A stretch of DNA of 64,000 bases, from the NCBI GenBank assembly GCA_965199855.1, contig OZ241326.1, positions 1,504,001-1,568,000 of the forward strand, read 5' to 3'. The stretch comes from a bacterium. Lineage in GTDB: Bacteria; UBA8248. Shown here piece after piece: positions 8,262 through 16,664 of this stretch. The notes under the pieces are model-generated. The model did no database searches, was not told the origin of the DNA, and saw nothing but the letters and a program-made list of their open reading frames with translations. The position numbers and the translations under genes were made by a program. Each line of letters opens with the position of its first letter. Within the stretch, counting starts at the first letter, position 1.

Positions 8262-9569
8262 CTAATGCGGGAGGGAGGAGAGGTTCATGTTCTCGAGCGC
8301 CGTGCGGACGTCGGAGGCGAAGCGGCCCGCCGCCATGCCGTCGTTGGCGCGGTGATCGAAGGTGATGGCGAGCGTCATGACGGGCCGGACGGCTATCGCC
8401 CCGCCCGGAAGCGCCGCGACGCGGGGGGCGACCGCCCCCGTTCCTATGATGGCCGTCTCGGGCGGGTTGATGAGGGGGTTGCCGCCCAGCGCGCCTGACG
8501 CGCCGAAATTCGTGAGGGTGATCGTCCCGCCCCGGAGCTCCTCGGGCGCGAGCGTCCCCTCGCGCGCGCGCGCGGCGAGGTCGTCCAGCTTCAGGCAGAG
8601 CTCCACGAACCCGAGCGAATCCGCCGATTCGAGCACGGGAACCATGAGGCCGCCCGGCGCGTCCACGGCGACGCCCAGGTTCACGAACCGCTTGACGACC
8701 AAGGCGTCGTCCTCGAAGGCGGCGTTGAAGCGCGCGTTCTCCGGGCTTCTGAGGGCGTGGACGATGGCCATGGCGAAGAAGGGCGCGAAGGTGAGGCGGC
8801 AGCCGTGTCTGGCGAGAAACGCCTCCTTGCGCGCCTCCCGAAAGGCGGAGACGGCGCTCATGTCCACGTCGAGCCAGCTGGTGACCTGGGGAATCTCCCG
8901 CGCGGAGCGGGCGAGGTTGCGGGCGATGCGCTTGCGGATTGCGCCGAGCGGCTCCACGCGCTCCTCGCGGTCGGGGCTGAGGGGCGCGGCCGACATGGTG
9001 ATGGGCGCCGATGGCTGGATGTATGCCGGAGCGGCCGTGGGCTGCGCCGCCGCCCCGCCCGCGGCCAGGAACGCCTCCACGTCGCGCGCGCGGACGCGCC
9101 CGCCCGCCCCCGTGCCCCGGATGCGCCCCAGGGCGTCCGGGGCGATGCCGTGCGCGGCGGCCAGCGCCTGAACGCGCGGGGAGAGCCACGTCTTTTTCCC
9201 GCCCGCGGGGGCGGGCGCCTCCCGCTTTCGCGCCGCGGGGACCGCGGGCTTCTCCCTCGGCTTGAGGGGAGCGACCGGCGCCGCCCAGTCGTCCGCGCCC
9301 TCGTCCGGGGCGTCGTCCGCTATTTCCTCCTCGGTCTCCAGGGTCGCCAGCGCCGCGCCCACGGGCACCGTCTCGTCCGCGCTCACGAGAATTTCCCTGA
9401 GCGTCCCGTCCGCCGGTGCCTCCACCTCGAACTCCACCTTGTCGCTCTCGGCGGAGAGGAGCGCCTCGCCCTTCGAGACGCGCTCCCCGGCGGATTTGCG
9501 CCACGCCACCACCGTGCTCTCGTGCACGCTGGTTCCCATGCGGGGCATCCGGATGCGGGCGATGGGCAT
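8262..9569 (-). CDS. 2-oxoacid dehydrogenase E2 (dihydrolipoamide acyltransferase)
   Basis: Lipoyl domain (ESDKVEFEV), peripheral subunit-binding motif (GTGAGGRV) and catalytic FDHRANDG. Confidence 0.93.
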   Translation of the reverse strand: MPIARIRMPRMGTSVHESTVVAWRKSAGERVSKGEALLSAESDKVEFEVEAPADGTLREILVSADETVPVGAALATLETEEEIADDAPDEGADDWAAPVAPLKPREKPAVPAARKREAPAPAGGKKTWLSPRVQALAAAHGIAPDALGRIRGTGAGGRVRARDVEAFLAAGGAAAQPTAAPAYIQPSAPITMSAAPLSPDREERVEPLGAIRKRIARNLARSAREIPQVTSWLDVDMSAVSAFREARKEAFLARHGCRLTFAPFFAMAIVHALRSPENARFNAAFEDDALVVKRFVNLGVAVDAPGGLMVPVLESADSLGFVELCLKLDDLAARAREGTLAPEELRGGTITLTNFGASGALGGNPLINPPETAIIGTGAVAPRVAALPGGAIAVRPVMTLAITFDHRANDGMAAGRFASDVRTALENMNLSSLPH

Positions 9570-9658
9570 GTCGGCTCCCTCGGCTCGGGGGGACCGCGGC
9601 GGAAAATCCTTTTATTGCTTACGCGAAAATCGCGGGCGCCGCCAGACGGACGCGCGCG

Positions 9659-10651
9659 CTAGAAGGCGGCCAGGTCGCGCAGGGCGTCCACCACCTTCTC
9701 CACGCCGGGCAGATAGGCGCGCTCGAGCGGGGGGCTGAGCGGCACGTGGACGTCCGGCGCGCCGACGCGGCGGATGGGAGCGTCGAGGTGCTCGAAGGCT
9801 TCCTCCCCCACGATGGCGGCCAGCTCGCCCCCCACGCCGCCGCGCTTTCTCGCCTCGTGCAGGAAGAGGATTTTCCCCGTCTTCCGCACGCTTTCGAGTA
9901 TCGCCTCGCGGTCGAGCGGAACCAGGGTTCTGAGGTCGATGACCTCGATCGACGCCCCCTCCGCCGCGAGAACCTCCGCCGCCTCGAGCGCCTCGAGCGC
10001 GGACGCGCCGAAGGTGATGAGCGAGACGTCCTCGCCCTCCCGCAGGGTTCGCGCCTCGCCGAAGGGCGCGACGTAGTCGCCCTCGGGAATTTCGGGCCGC
10101 AGTGCCTCGGGCAGCTCCTCGACCGGGTAGTTGTAGAATTTTTTGTATTCCATGAATATGACGGGGTTCGGGTCCCGAATCGCCTGCTTGAGCATCCCCT
10201 TGGCGTCGCGGGCGGTGACAGGGGCTACGATCTTGAGGCCCGGCGTCCCGAAGAACCAGATTTCGGGGTTCTGGCTGTGGAAGGGCCCCGCGCTCACCAG
10301 CGCGGCGGAGGGGAGGCGAAACACGACGGGCACGGGGCCCATCCGGCGGTAATGGTTGCCGGCCGCGAAGTCCACGATCATCTTGAAGGCTTCGGTCACG
10401 AAGTCGGCGAACTGGAACTCCACCACCGGCCGCATCCCGCAGAGCGCGGCGCCGATGGCCGCGCCCGTGAAGCCCGCCTCGCTCAGGGGGGTATCGACCA
10501 CGCGGTCGCGCCCGAATTTCTCCAGGAAGCCCCGGGTGACGTAGAAGGCGCCGCCGCCCAGGCCGATGTCCTCGCCCAGGAGGAACACGTCCGGGTCGCG
10601 CTCCATCTCCTCCCACAGCGCCTCGCTCAGCGCCTCGCGGTAGGTGATCAT
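9659..10651 (-). CDS. 2-oxoacid dehydrogenase E1 beta subunit
   Basis: MITYREAL, LGEDIG, DTPLSE, EFQFADF and HSQ; ATGA overlap with the E1 alpha stop. Confidence 0.93.
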   Translation of the reverse strand: MITYREALSEALWEEMERDPDVFLLGEDIGLGGGAFYVTRGFLEKFGRDRVVDTPLSEAGFTGAAIGAALCGMRPVVEFQFADFVTEAFKMIVDFAAGNHYRRMGPVPVVFRLPSAALVSAGPFHSQNPEIWFFGTPGLKIVAPVTARDAKGMLKQAIRDPNPVIFMEYKKFYNYPVEELPEALRPEIPEGDYVAPFGEARTLREGEDVSLITFGASALEALEAAEVLAAEGASIEVIDLRTLVPLDREAILESVRKTGKILFLHEARKRGGVGGELAAIVGEEAFEHLDAPIRRVGAPDVHVPLSPPLERAYLPGVEKVVDALRDLAAF

Positions 10652-11766
10652 TCGGCGAACACCCCCTCGGTGAGGCTCTCCGGGTCGGGCATCGGGCTTT
10701 CGAGCGCCTCGTCCCGCGCCGTCTCCGCGTCCGCCCGCGCCCTGGCGTGGGAGGCGGCGACCTCCCCGGGCGTCATCACGCCGAACTCGATGAGCGTCTC
10801 GTCGAGGCGCTTCACGGGGTCGCGCTCGGCCGTCCATTTCTCGAAATCCGCCATGTCCATGTAGTCTGAGAACTTGTCATAGACCGAATGGCCGACGGCG
10901 CGCATGGTGACGCTCTCGATGAGGGTGGGGCCGCCCCCCGCCCGCGCCCGCGCGAGCGCCTCCCCGCACGCGCGATGGACCAGGGGCGCGTTCGTCCCGT
11001 CGATGAGAAAGCCGGGAATCCCGTAGCCGGGCGCCTTGAGGACGAGGGCGTCGCAGGCGTATTGGTCGCCGGGCGGGGTTTTGTAGGCGTATTGGTTGTT
11101 GTCGATGACGACGACGAGGGGCAGCCTCCGCGCGGCGGCGAAGTTCAGCCCTTCGTGAAAGTCGCCCGCGCTCGTGCCGCCGTCGCCGATGTAGGTGAGC
11201 GTCGCCTGCCCCTGGCCGCGCGCCTTCGCCGCCCACGCCACGCCCGCGGCGATGGCCGTCATCGTCCCGATGTGGCTGATGAGCTGGGTGATGCGCCCGG
11301 GCCGGTAGCCCATGTGAAAGTTGCCGTCCCGCCCGCCGGAGGGGCCCTCCGCGCGTCCGAAGAAGTGCGCCATGATGCTCCGGGGCGGATGCCCCTTGGC
11401 GAGGTGCGCCCCGCAGTTTCTGTGCATGGGCACGAGCCATTCATGATCTTCGAGGCGCATGGCGCTCGCCACGCTCGCCCCCTCGTTTCCCCTGCCGAAG
11501 AAGGCGGTGCCGGGGACGTGGCCCGCGCGGAAGGCGGAGTCCAGCGTCTCCTCCACCGCCCGCGCCAGCGAGACGAGGTAGTGCATCCGCCCGGCGGTCT
11601 CCCGGTCGGGGAGAATCTCCTTTTTGGAAAAGGACACCCAGCGCGCCTCCAGCCCGTCGACGGCGAGGTAGCGGCCCTCCAGATCGCGGAAGAAATCGAG
11701 ATTCGCCAGCTCCTCGCGCGCGGCGAGGGGGTGCTCCCGGGCTTTCGCTTCCATGCGGAACTCCAT
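10648..11766 (-). CDS. 2-oxoacid dehydrogenase E1 alpha subunit (TPP-dependent)
   Basis: TPP motif GDGGTSAGDFHEGLNFA...NNQYA and RAVGHS. Confidence 0.93.
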   Translation of the reverse strand: MEFRMEAKAREHPLAAREELANLDFFRDLEGRYLAVDGLEARWVSFSKKEILPDRETAGRMHYLVSLARAVEETLDSAFRAGHVPGTAFFGRGNEGASVASAMRLEDHEWLVPMHRNCGAHLAKGHPPRSIMAHFFGRAEGPSGGRDGNFHMGYRPGRITQLISHIGTMTAIAAGVAWAAKARGQGQATLTYIGDGGTSAGDFHEGLNFAAARRLPLVVVIDNNQYAYKTPPGDQYACDALVLKAPGYGIPGFLIDGTNAPLVHRACGEALARARAGGGPTLIESVTMRAVGHSVYDKFSDYMDMADFEKWTAERDPVKRLDETLIEFGVMTPGEVAASHARARADAETARDEALESPMPDPESLTEGVFAE

Positions 11767-11887
11767 GGGCCTGTGGAGGGAAGAGCGCGCCGCCCATTAA
11801 AGCACATTTTCACGGGGGAGCAACAGATGCGGCGCGCTCCGGCGTCGTTTTTGGGTGGAGAAGAGGGATTGCCGGAATTCAAGAGGT

Positions 11888-11912
11888 GGGGAACAACCAC
11901 GGGGCGTCCCCT
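11888..11912. repeat. Degenerate REP-like palindrome (GGGACAACCAC family)
   Basis: GGGGAACAACCACGGGGCGTCCCCT; related copies at 19840, 35061 and 35337. Confidence 0.55.
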
Positions 11913-11942
11913 TGAGGCGAAGGCGCCGGCGTCTCCCTCGCG

Positions 11943-13379
11943 TCACATTCGGTAGGGAAGTTCCGGGAGTTTCCCCGCCAGCACGGCGTCCAAGGTGAGG
12001 ATTTGTAGCCTCGGGAAAGGCTTGACGGCGAACAGTTCGGCCTTTTCGGGCGCGTGAAGCCCCGCCCTGTTGGCGAAGTTCGTCATGGGTCTGGTCGGCG
12101 GGCGCCGGGTGATGAAAACCCCCGCCACATGCTTCTTGTCCAGCAATCCCTTCAGCTCCCGCACGTGCTTTACGTCCGGCTTTCCGCTTTTCACCGACAC
12201 GATGGCCTGCTCTCCGGTGCGGAGGAGGATGCGCCCGTCGATGCCGCCGTCCGCGCCCATCTTCTCGTTCGGCAGTCCGCCGATGGTGGCGACGCAGAAC
12301 TTCTCGAACTCCTTGCGGGGATAGAGCGGCGAGGCTTCGTCCAGCAGCTTCGCCTCCACCTCCGCCCGCGTCTTCGGAACCTCCCTGACGTCGATTCGCT
12401 TCCAGATATCAACCCGTTTTCGTCTGAGCCGCTCCTGAATCGCGCCGATGGCGGCATACGTGACGTCGATGCCGATCCATTCCCGCCCGAGGTTCTCCGC
12501 CGCCTCGATGGTGGTGCCGCACCCGCAGAAGGGATCGAGGACGACGTCCCCCCGATTCGAGGACGCCTCGATGACGCGATTCAGCAGGGCGAGGGGTTTC
12601 TGGGTGGGGTAGCCGAGGCGTTCTTTGGCAGTGGAATGTTGCTGAAATGACATAACATCTGACCATACATCTGTCAGTGCGACGCCCTTCGTTTCATCAA
12701 GATACTGGATACGCTTGCCTGGCCGATCATCACGATACTTGCGGCCTTCCGGATCGGTTTTTTTGAAGCGAGCCACGTATTCAAGTTTGTGGGGTAGAAA
12801 TTCCTTTATGAAAGTAAATCTTTCGCCGCGGGTGTAATAGAGAATCGTATCATGGCCCCGGACATAGCCGTTTATCTGGCTCTTATATCCCGAAGAAGTT
12901 TGCAAGTTCCAGATAATTTCTCGTCGGAAATTCTCTCTCCCGAAAATTCCGTCCAGGACGATTTTGAGGTAATGGGAGGCGGTCGGGTCGCAATGGAGAT
13001 ACAGGCTGCCGGTGGGCTTCAGGATGCGATGCAGCTCGACGAGCCGCGCCGCCATGTTGACGAGATAGGCGGACATCTGAACCTTGCCCATCCCGTCCAC
13101 GAGGGCGCGCAGGATTTCGACCTGACCCTGACTTGGCTTGCTTGCTTGCTTGCTTGCTTGCGAAACAAGTTGATTCAGCAACTTATCACAATTCGGCGTC
13201 CACGCCCAGGTGTCCTCGAACGCCGTTATCTGGCCGAGGTCGTCCGGGTAGATGATGTTGTAGGCCCTGTTCGAGTTGAAGGGCGGGTCGAGATAGACCA
13301 GATCGACGGACGCATCCGCCATCTCCCGCAGGATGGGGAGATTGTCTCCGTAATACAGGCGGCGAAGGCGCTGGCTCAT
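11943..13379 (-). CDS. Site-specific DNA N6A/N4C methyltransferase (beta order) fused to a C-terminal Mrr-like endonuclease-fold domain
   Basis: Motif IV YLDPPF precedes GYPTQKP and motif I VLDPFCGCGTT; C-terminus EFEKF...GADGGIDG...SVKSG...GVFIT. Confidence 0.9.
   Translation of the reverse strand: MSQRLRRLYYGDNLPILREMADASVDLVYLDPPFNSNRAYNIIYPDDLGQITAFEDTWAWTPNCDKLLNQLVSQASKQASKPSQGQVEILRALVDGMGKVQMSAYLVNMAARLVELHRILKPTGSLYLHCDPTASHYLKIVLDGIFGRENFRREIIWNLQTSSGYKSQINGYVRGHDTILYYTRGERFTFIKEFLPHKLEYVARFKKTDPEGRKYRDDRPGKRIQYLDETKGVALTDVWSDVMSFQQHSTAKERLGYPTQKPLALLNRVIEASSNRGDVVLDPFCGCGTTIEAAENLGREWIGIDVTYAAIGAIQERLRRKRVDIWKRIDVREVPKTRAEVEAKLLDEASPLYPRKEFEKFCVATIGGLPNEKMGADGGIDGRILLRTGEQAIVSVKSGKPDVKHVRELKGLLDKKHVAGVFITRRPPTRPMTNFANRAGLHAPEKAELFAVKPFPRLQILTLDAVLAGKLPELPYRM
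13136..13161 (-). repeat. Tetranucleotide simple sequence repeat (GCAA)6 inside the MTase 5' coding region
   Basis: The + strand reads GCTT x6 plus GC; it encodes the SQASKQASK stretch. Confidence 0.95.
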
Positions 13380-13523
13380 TTCCCGGCTCCCTGAATTGGC
13401 GCGGCGAGAAGAGTCGTCCGCGCGGCGATATGCGGCCGACCTTCAACCAACGGGTTGAGTATGCGCGACCCCTGCGGAGCGGCGGCGTCCATCCCCGGCG
13501 GAGAAGCCTGCCCTTCTCGTCCG

Positions 13524-13545
13524 CTCCGGGTGGCCGGAATCCAGG
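13524..13545. repeat. REP-like palindrome (CCGGAATCCAG family)
   Basis: CTCCGGGTGGCCGGAATCCAGG resembles the reverse complement of the element at 35124-35151. Confidence 0.45.
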
Positions 13546-13713
13546 ATTCCCCCGCCGTCACAGATTCCCCATTACAGCATATTCGGGCGGAAAGGGAAGC
13601 GCGCCCTTTGAAACGCGCCCTCTTTAGAAGTATAGAGGTTCATGCTCCGGGCGGCCGGGCGCGTCGAGCGCGTCCGCGAGCGTTCGCCCGTATGAAAATG
13701 CGGCGGGGGGAAG

Positions 13714-14628
13714 ATGAGCCTCCTGGTGTTCGGCACGATGGCGATTGATTCGGTGAAGACGCCCTTCGGCGCGCGGGAGGAGGCGGTGGGCGGCTCGGCC
13801 ACCTATTTCTCGGTCGCGGCGAGCTACTTTACCGAGGTGCGGCTCGTGGCGGTGGTGGGGGATGACTTTCCCGACGAGACGCTCGCCTTTCTCGGGGAGC
13901 GCGGGGTGGACGCCTCCGGCCTCGACGTCCGGCCGGGGAAAAAGACGTTTCGCTGGAAGGGGGAATACGGCTTCGACCTGAACACCGCCCACACCCTCGA
14001 CACGCGGCTGAACGTGGTGGCGGACGCGCCGCCCGGGGTGCCGGAGGGCTTCAGGGATTCGGATTTCGTGTTTCTGGCGAACATCGACCCGACGCTTCAG
14101 GCCGAGGCGCTCGCCCAGACGGACGCGCCCCGGCTCTCGGCGTGCGACACGATGGACTTCTGGATCAACGGCAAGCGCGAGGAGCTGCTGAAGACCCTCT
14201 CGATGGTCGATATGGTCGTCGTCAACGACGCGGAGGCGCGCGCCCTCTCCGGCGAGCCGAACATCGCCCGCGCCGCGCGGCGCATACGCGAGATAGGGCC
14301 CGGGACTCTCGTGGTGAAGCGGGGCGAATACGGCGCGCTGCTCTTTCACGGAGAAGAGGACGCCTTCTCGGCGCCGGGGCTTCCGATGGAGGACGCGCGC
14401 GATCCCACGGGGGCGGGCGACAGCTTCGCCGGCGGCTTCATGGGGCATCTCGCCGCGACGGGCGACTTGAGCGGGGAGGGGATGCGCCGCGCGGTCGTCT
14501 TCGGGAGCGTCATGGCCTCCTTCAACGTGGAGGCGTTCAGCTACGACCGCATGAAGACGCTCACGCGGGCGGATATCGAGGCGCGCTACCGGGCGTTCGC
14601 CGAGCTGGCGCGCTTCGAGAGGCTCTGA
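13714..14628 (+). CDS. PfkB family carbohydrate kinase
   Basis: Motifs GGSATY, VNDAEA, VKRGEYGA and DPTGAGDSFAGG. Confidence 0.93.
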   Translation: MSLLVFGTMAIDSVKTPFGAREEAVGGSATYFSVAASYFTEVRLVAVVGDDFPDETLAFLGERGVDASGLDVRPGKKTFRWKGEYGFDLNTAHTLDTRLNVVADAPPGVPEGFRDSDFVFLANIDPTLQAEALAQTDAPRLSACDTMDFWINGKREELLKTLSMVDMVVVNDAEARALSGEPNIARAARRIREIGPGTLVVKRGEYGALLFHGEEDAFSAPGLPMEDARDPTGAGDSFAGGFMGHLAATGDLSGEGMRRAVVFGSVMASFNVEAFSYDRMKTLTRADIEARYRAFAELARFERL

Positions 14629-14636
14629 GGACGGCC

Positions 14637-15293
14637 TTGCCGCTTCGCGTCATCGGAGGCGTGGCGGGGAGCCGCCGGATTCCCTCGCCTCCGGGCCGCG
14701 CCGCGCGGCCCACGGGCGAGCGCGTCCGCGAGGCGCTGTTCAGCGTCTGGGGGGAGAGGGTTGAGGGCGCGCGCGTGCTGGATTTGTGCGCGGGCTCGGG
14801 CGCCGTGTCCCTCGAGGCGCTGAGCCGGGGGGCGGCGCGCGCGATAGCGGTGGAGCGCGACCCGCGCCTTTGCCGGGCGATTCGGAAGAGCGCGGAAGCC
14901 CTCGGGCTGGCCGCCGGCCTCGACGCGCGCCGCGCGGACGCGGTTTCGGAAGTCGGGCGAATCCGCGCGGCCTCGGGATGCGGCATCGACCTGGCCTTCG
15001 CCGATCCCCCCTGGCGGGACGCCGCCCTGCGCGCGAGGCTGCTGGAGGCCGTCTTCGCCGCGGATCCCTTGTGCCCCTCGCTGGTGATGGAGGCGCCCGC
15101 CGGCGCGGGCGCGCGCGAGGCGGCGGGAGCGGGCTGGAGGCTCGCGCGGGAGAGGCGCTACGGCGGAACGGCGTTGCTGTTCTACGAGCCCTCCGGGCGG
15201 GCGGAGACGGGACGAAATGAAAATTCGGCAAGCCCGGCGGGAGGGGCGGCGCAGGCTTCGGCGATAAAACCTGTGCAAAAACAACGCCCATGA
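14637..15293 (+). CDS. rsmD: 16S rRNA (guanine(966)-N2)-methyltransferase
   Basis: LRVIGG, RPTGERVREALF, LDLCAGSGA..LEALSRGA, DPPW and RYG; TTG start inferred. Confidence 0.85.
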   Translation: MPLRVIGGVAGSRRIPSPPGRAARPTGERVREALFSVWGERVEGARVLDLCAGSGAVSLEALSRGAARAIAVERDPRLCRAIRKSAEALGLAAGLDARRADAVSEVGRIRAASGCGIDLAFADPPWRDAALRARLLEAVFAADPLCPSLVMEAPAGAGAREAAGAGWRLARERRYGGTALLFYEPSGRAETGRNENSASPAGGAAQASAIKPVQKQRP

Positions 15294-15463
15294 CGAAAGA
15301 ACAAGCCTCCGAGAGGCGAAATTTTTGTTTATCTTGTTGATTTCATTGAGGTTAAATGGTATGCTCAAATGCGCGTCAAATCGCTTTAAGTGAATGAAAA
15401 TACGGGGTTTAGAGGCTCTCCACACGGACTTATCCACAGCTTTTGCACGGATTTCGTGGGTAA
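15272..15463. other. Putative replication origin (DnaA-box cluster, IHF-like site, AT-rich segment)
   Basis: Perfect TTATCCACA at 15430-15438; TTTTGCACA on the minus strand at 15272-15280; degenerate boxes at 15416, 15441 and 15455; AT-rich ~15318-15402. Confidence 0.55.
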
Positions 15464-15484
15464 AAACGGAGGCGGGAAACCGAA

Positions 15485-16246
15485 GTGGCGCAACTGTTTG
15501 ATTTGGGCGGAAAGAGGGCGCTGGTCACCGGAGGCGGCACCGGCCTGGGCCGCGCCATGGCCCACGCCCTGGCCGAGGCGGGGGCGGCGGTCGCGCTGGC
15601 GGCGCGCCGAGAGGAGAAGCTCGAGGGGTGCGCGGAGGAGATTCGCGCCCTGGGCGGGAGCGCCCACGCCCTCTCGTGCGACCTGACCCGGCCCGACTCC
15701 GTCCGGGACGCCGCGCGCGAGGCGGAGGAGAGGCTGGGCGGCGTCGATATTCTGGTGAACAACGGCGGGGTGAGCGGCGAGGGCTGGGCGGCGGAGCTTC
15801 CCCTCGAGCGGTGGAGCCGGGTGATCGAGACGAACCTGCGCGGCGCCTTCCTGATGTGCCAGGCGATAGCCCCCGGCATGATCGAGCGCGGCGGCGGCTC
15901 GATAGTGAACGTGGCCTCCGTCGCCGGCCTCATCGGGGTGAAGATGCTCTCCGCCTATTCGGCGAGCAAGGGCGGCCTCGTCCAGCTCACGAAGACCCTC
16001 GCGCTCGAATGGGCCGGAACGGGCGTGCGGGTGAACGCCCTGGCGCCGGGATACTTCCTCACCGACATCAACAGGGAGTTCTTCGGCTCGGAGGCGGGCG
16101 AGCGGCTCATCCGCGCCCACATCCCCATGGGGCGCGTCGGGCGGCCCGAGGAGCTCAAGGGGGCCGCGCTCTTTCTGGCGAGCGACGCCTCGAGCTTCAT
16201 GACGGGCGCGGTCCTTGTGGTGGACGGCGGGCAATACGCGCAGTAG
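15485..16246 (+). CDS. SDR family NAD(P)-dependent oxidoreductase
   Basis: Motifs TGGGTGLG, NNGG, YSASKGG and VDGG. Confidence 0.93.
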   Translation: MAQLFDLGGKRALVTGGGTGLGRAMAHALAEAGAAVALAARREEKLEGCAEEIRALGGSAHALSCDLTRPDSVRDAAREAEERLGGVDILVNNGGVSGEGWAAELPLERWSRVIETNLRGAFLMCQAIAPGMIERGGGSIVNVASVAGLIGVKMLSAYSASKGGLVQLTKTLALEWAGTGVRVNALAPGYFLTDINREFFGSEAGERLIRAHIPMGRVGRPEELKGAALFLASDASSFMTGAVLVVDGGQYAQ

Positions 16247-16664
16247 TTCCCTCGCGCGCGCCTGCGGGGCTCGCGTCGCGCGGAGGGCGGGAAATCCCGA
16301 AGCCGGGAAAAAACGAAAAAAGGGCTTGACCTCGCGCCGCGCTTCGCCGATAAGAGGGAAATCGCCTCCCGCGCTTTCGGGGACTCGCCCCGGCGGGGGC
16401 TGGATGATTCGCGCGGGCGCATTCGGGACGCCGCCCGCCGCTTCGCGCCGATCGGGGTCTCCGCCCCCGCCGGCGCGGCATGGAGTTTCGATGACACGTC
16501 AGGATGGCAGGAGGTCCTGGGGCGCGTTCAAGGCGCCCCGCCACCCGCTGGCTCCCTAGGAAACCGGCGCGTTCACCCGCCCCCCGCGCGTCCGCCCCTC
16601 GAAGGAGACGGAAGCGCGCCCCGGGGCGCGAAGCCACCCGAATTTCCCGAGGAGCTTTCAGCCC

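Noticed and set aside
16320-16664. Possible leucine attenuator, riboswitch or structural RNA upstream of leuA
   Set aside because: The short ORFs (MEFR*, MTRQDGRRSWGAFKAPRHPLAP*) lack Leu runs, there is no U-tailed terminator, and I recognise no tRNA/tmRNA/T-box signature. An Rfam scan would settle it.
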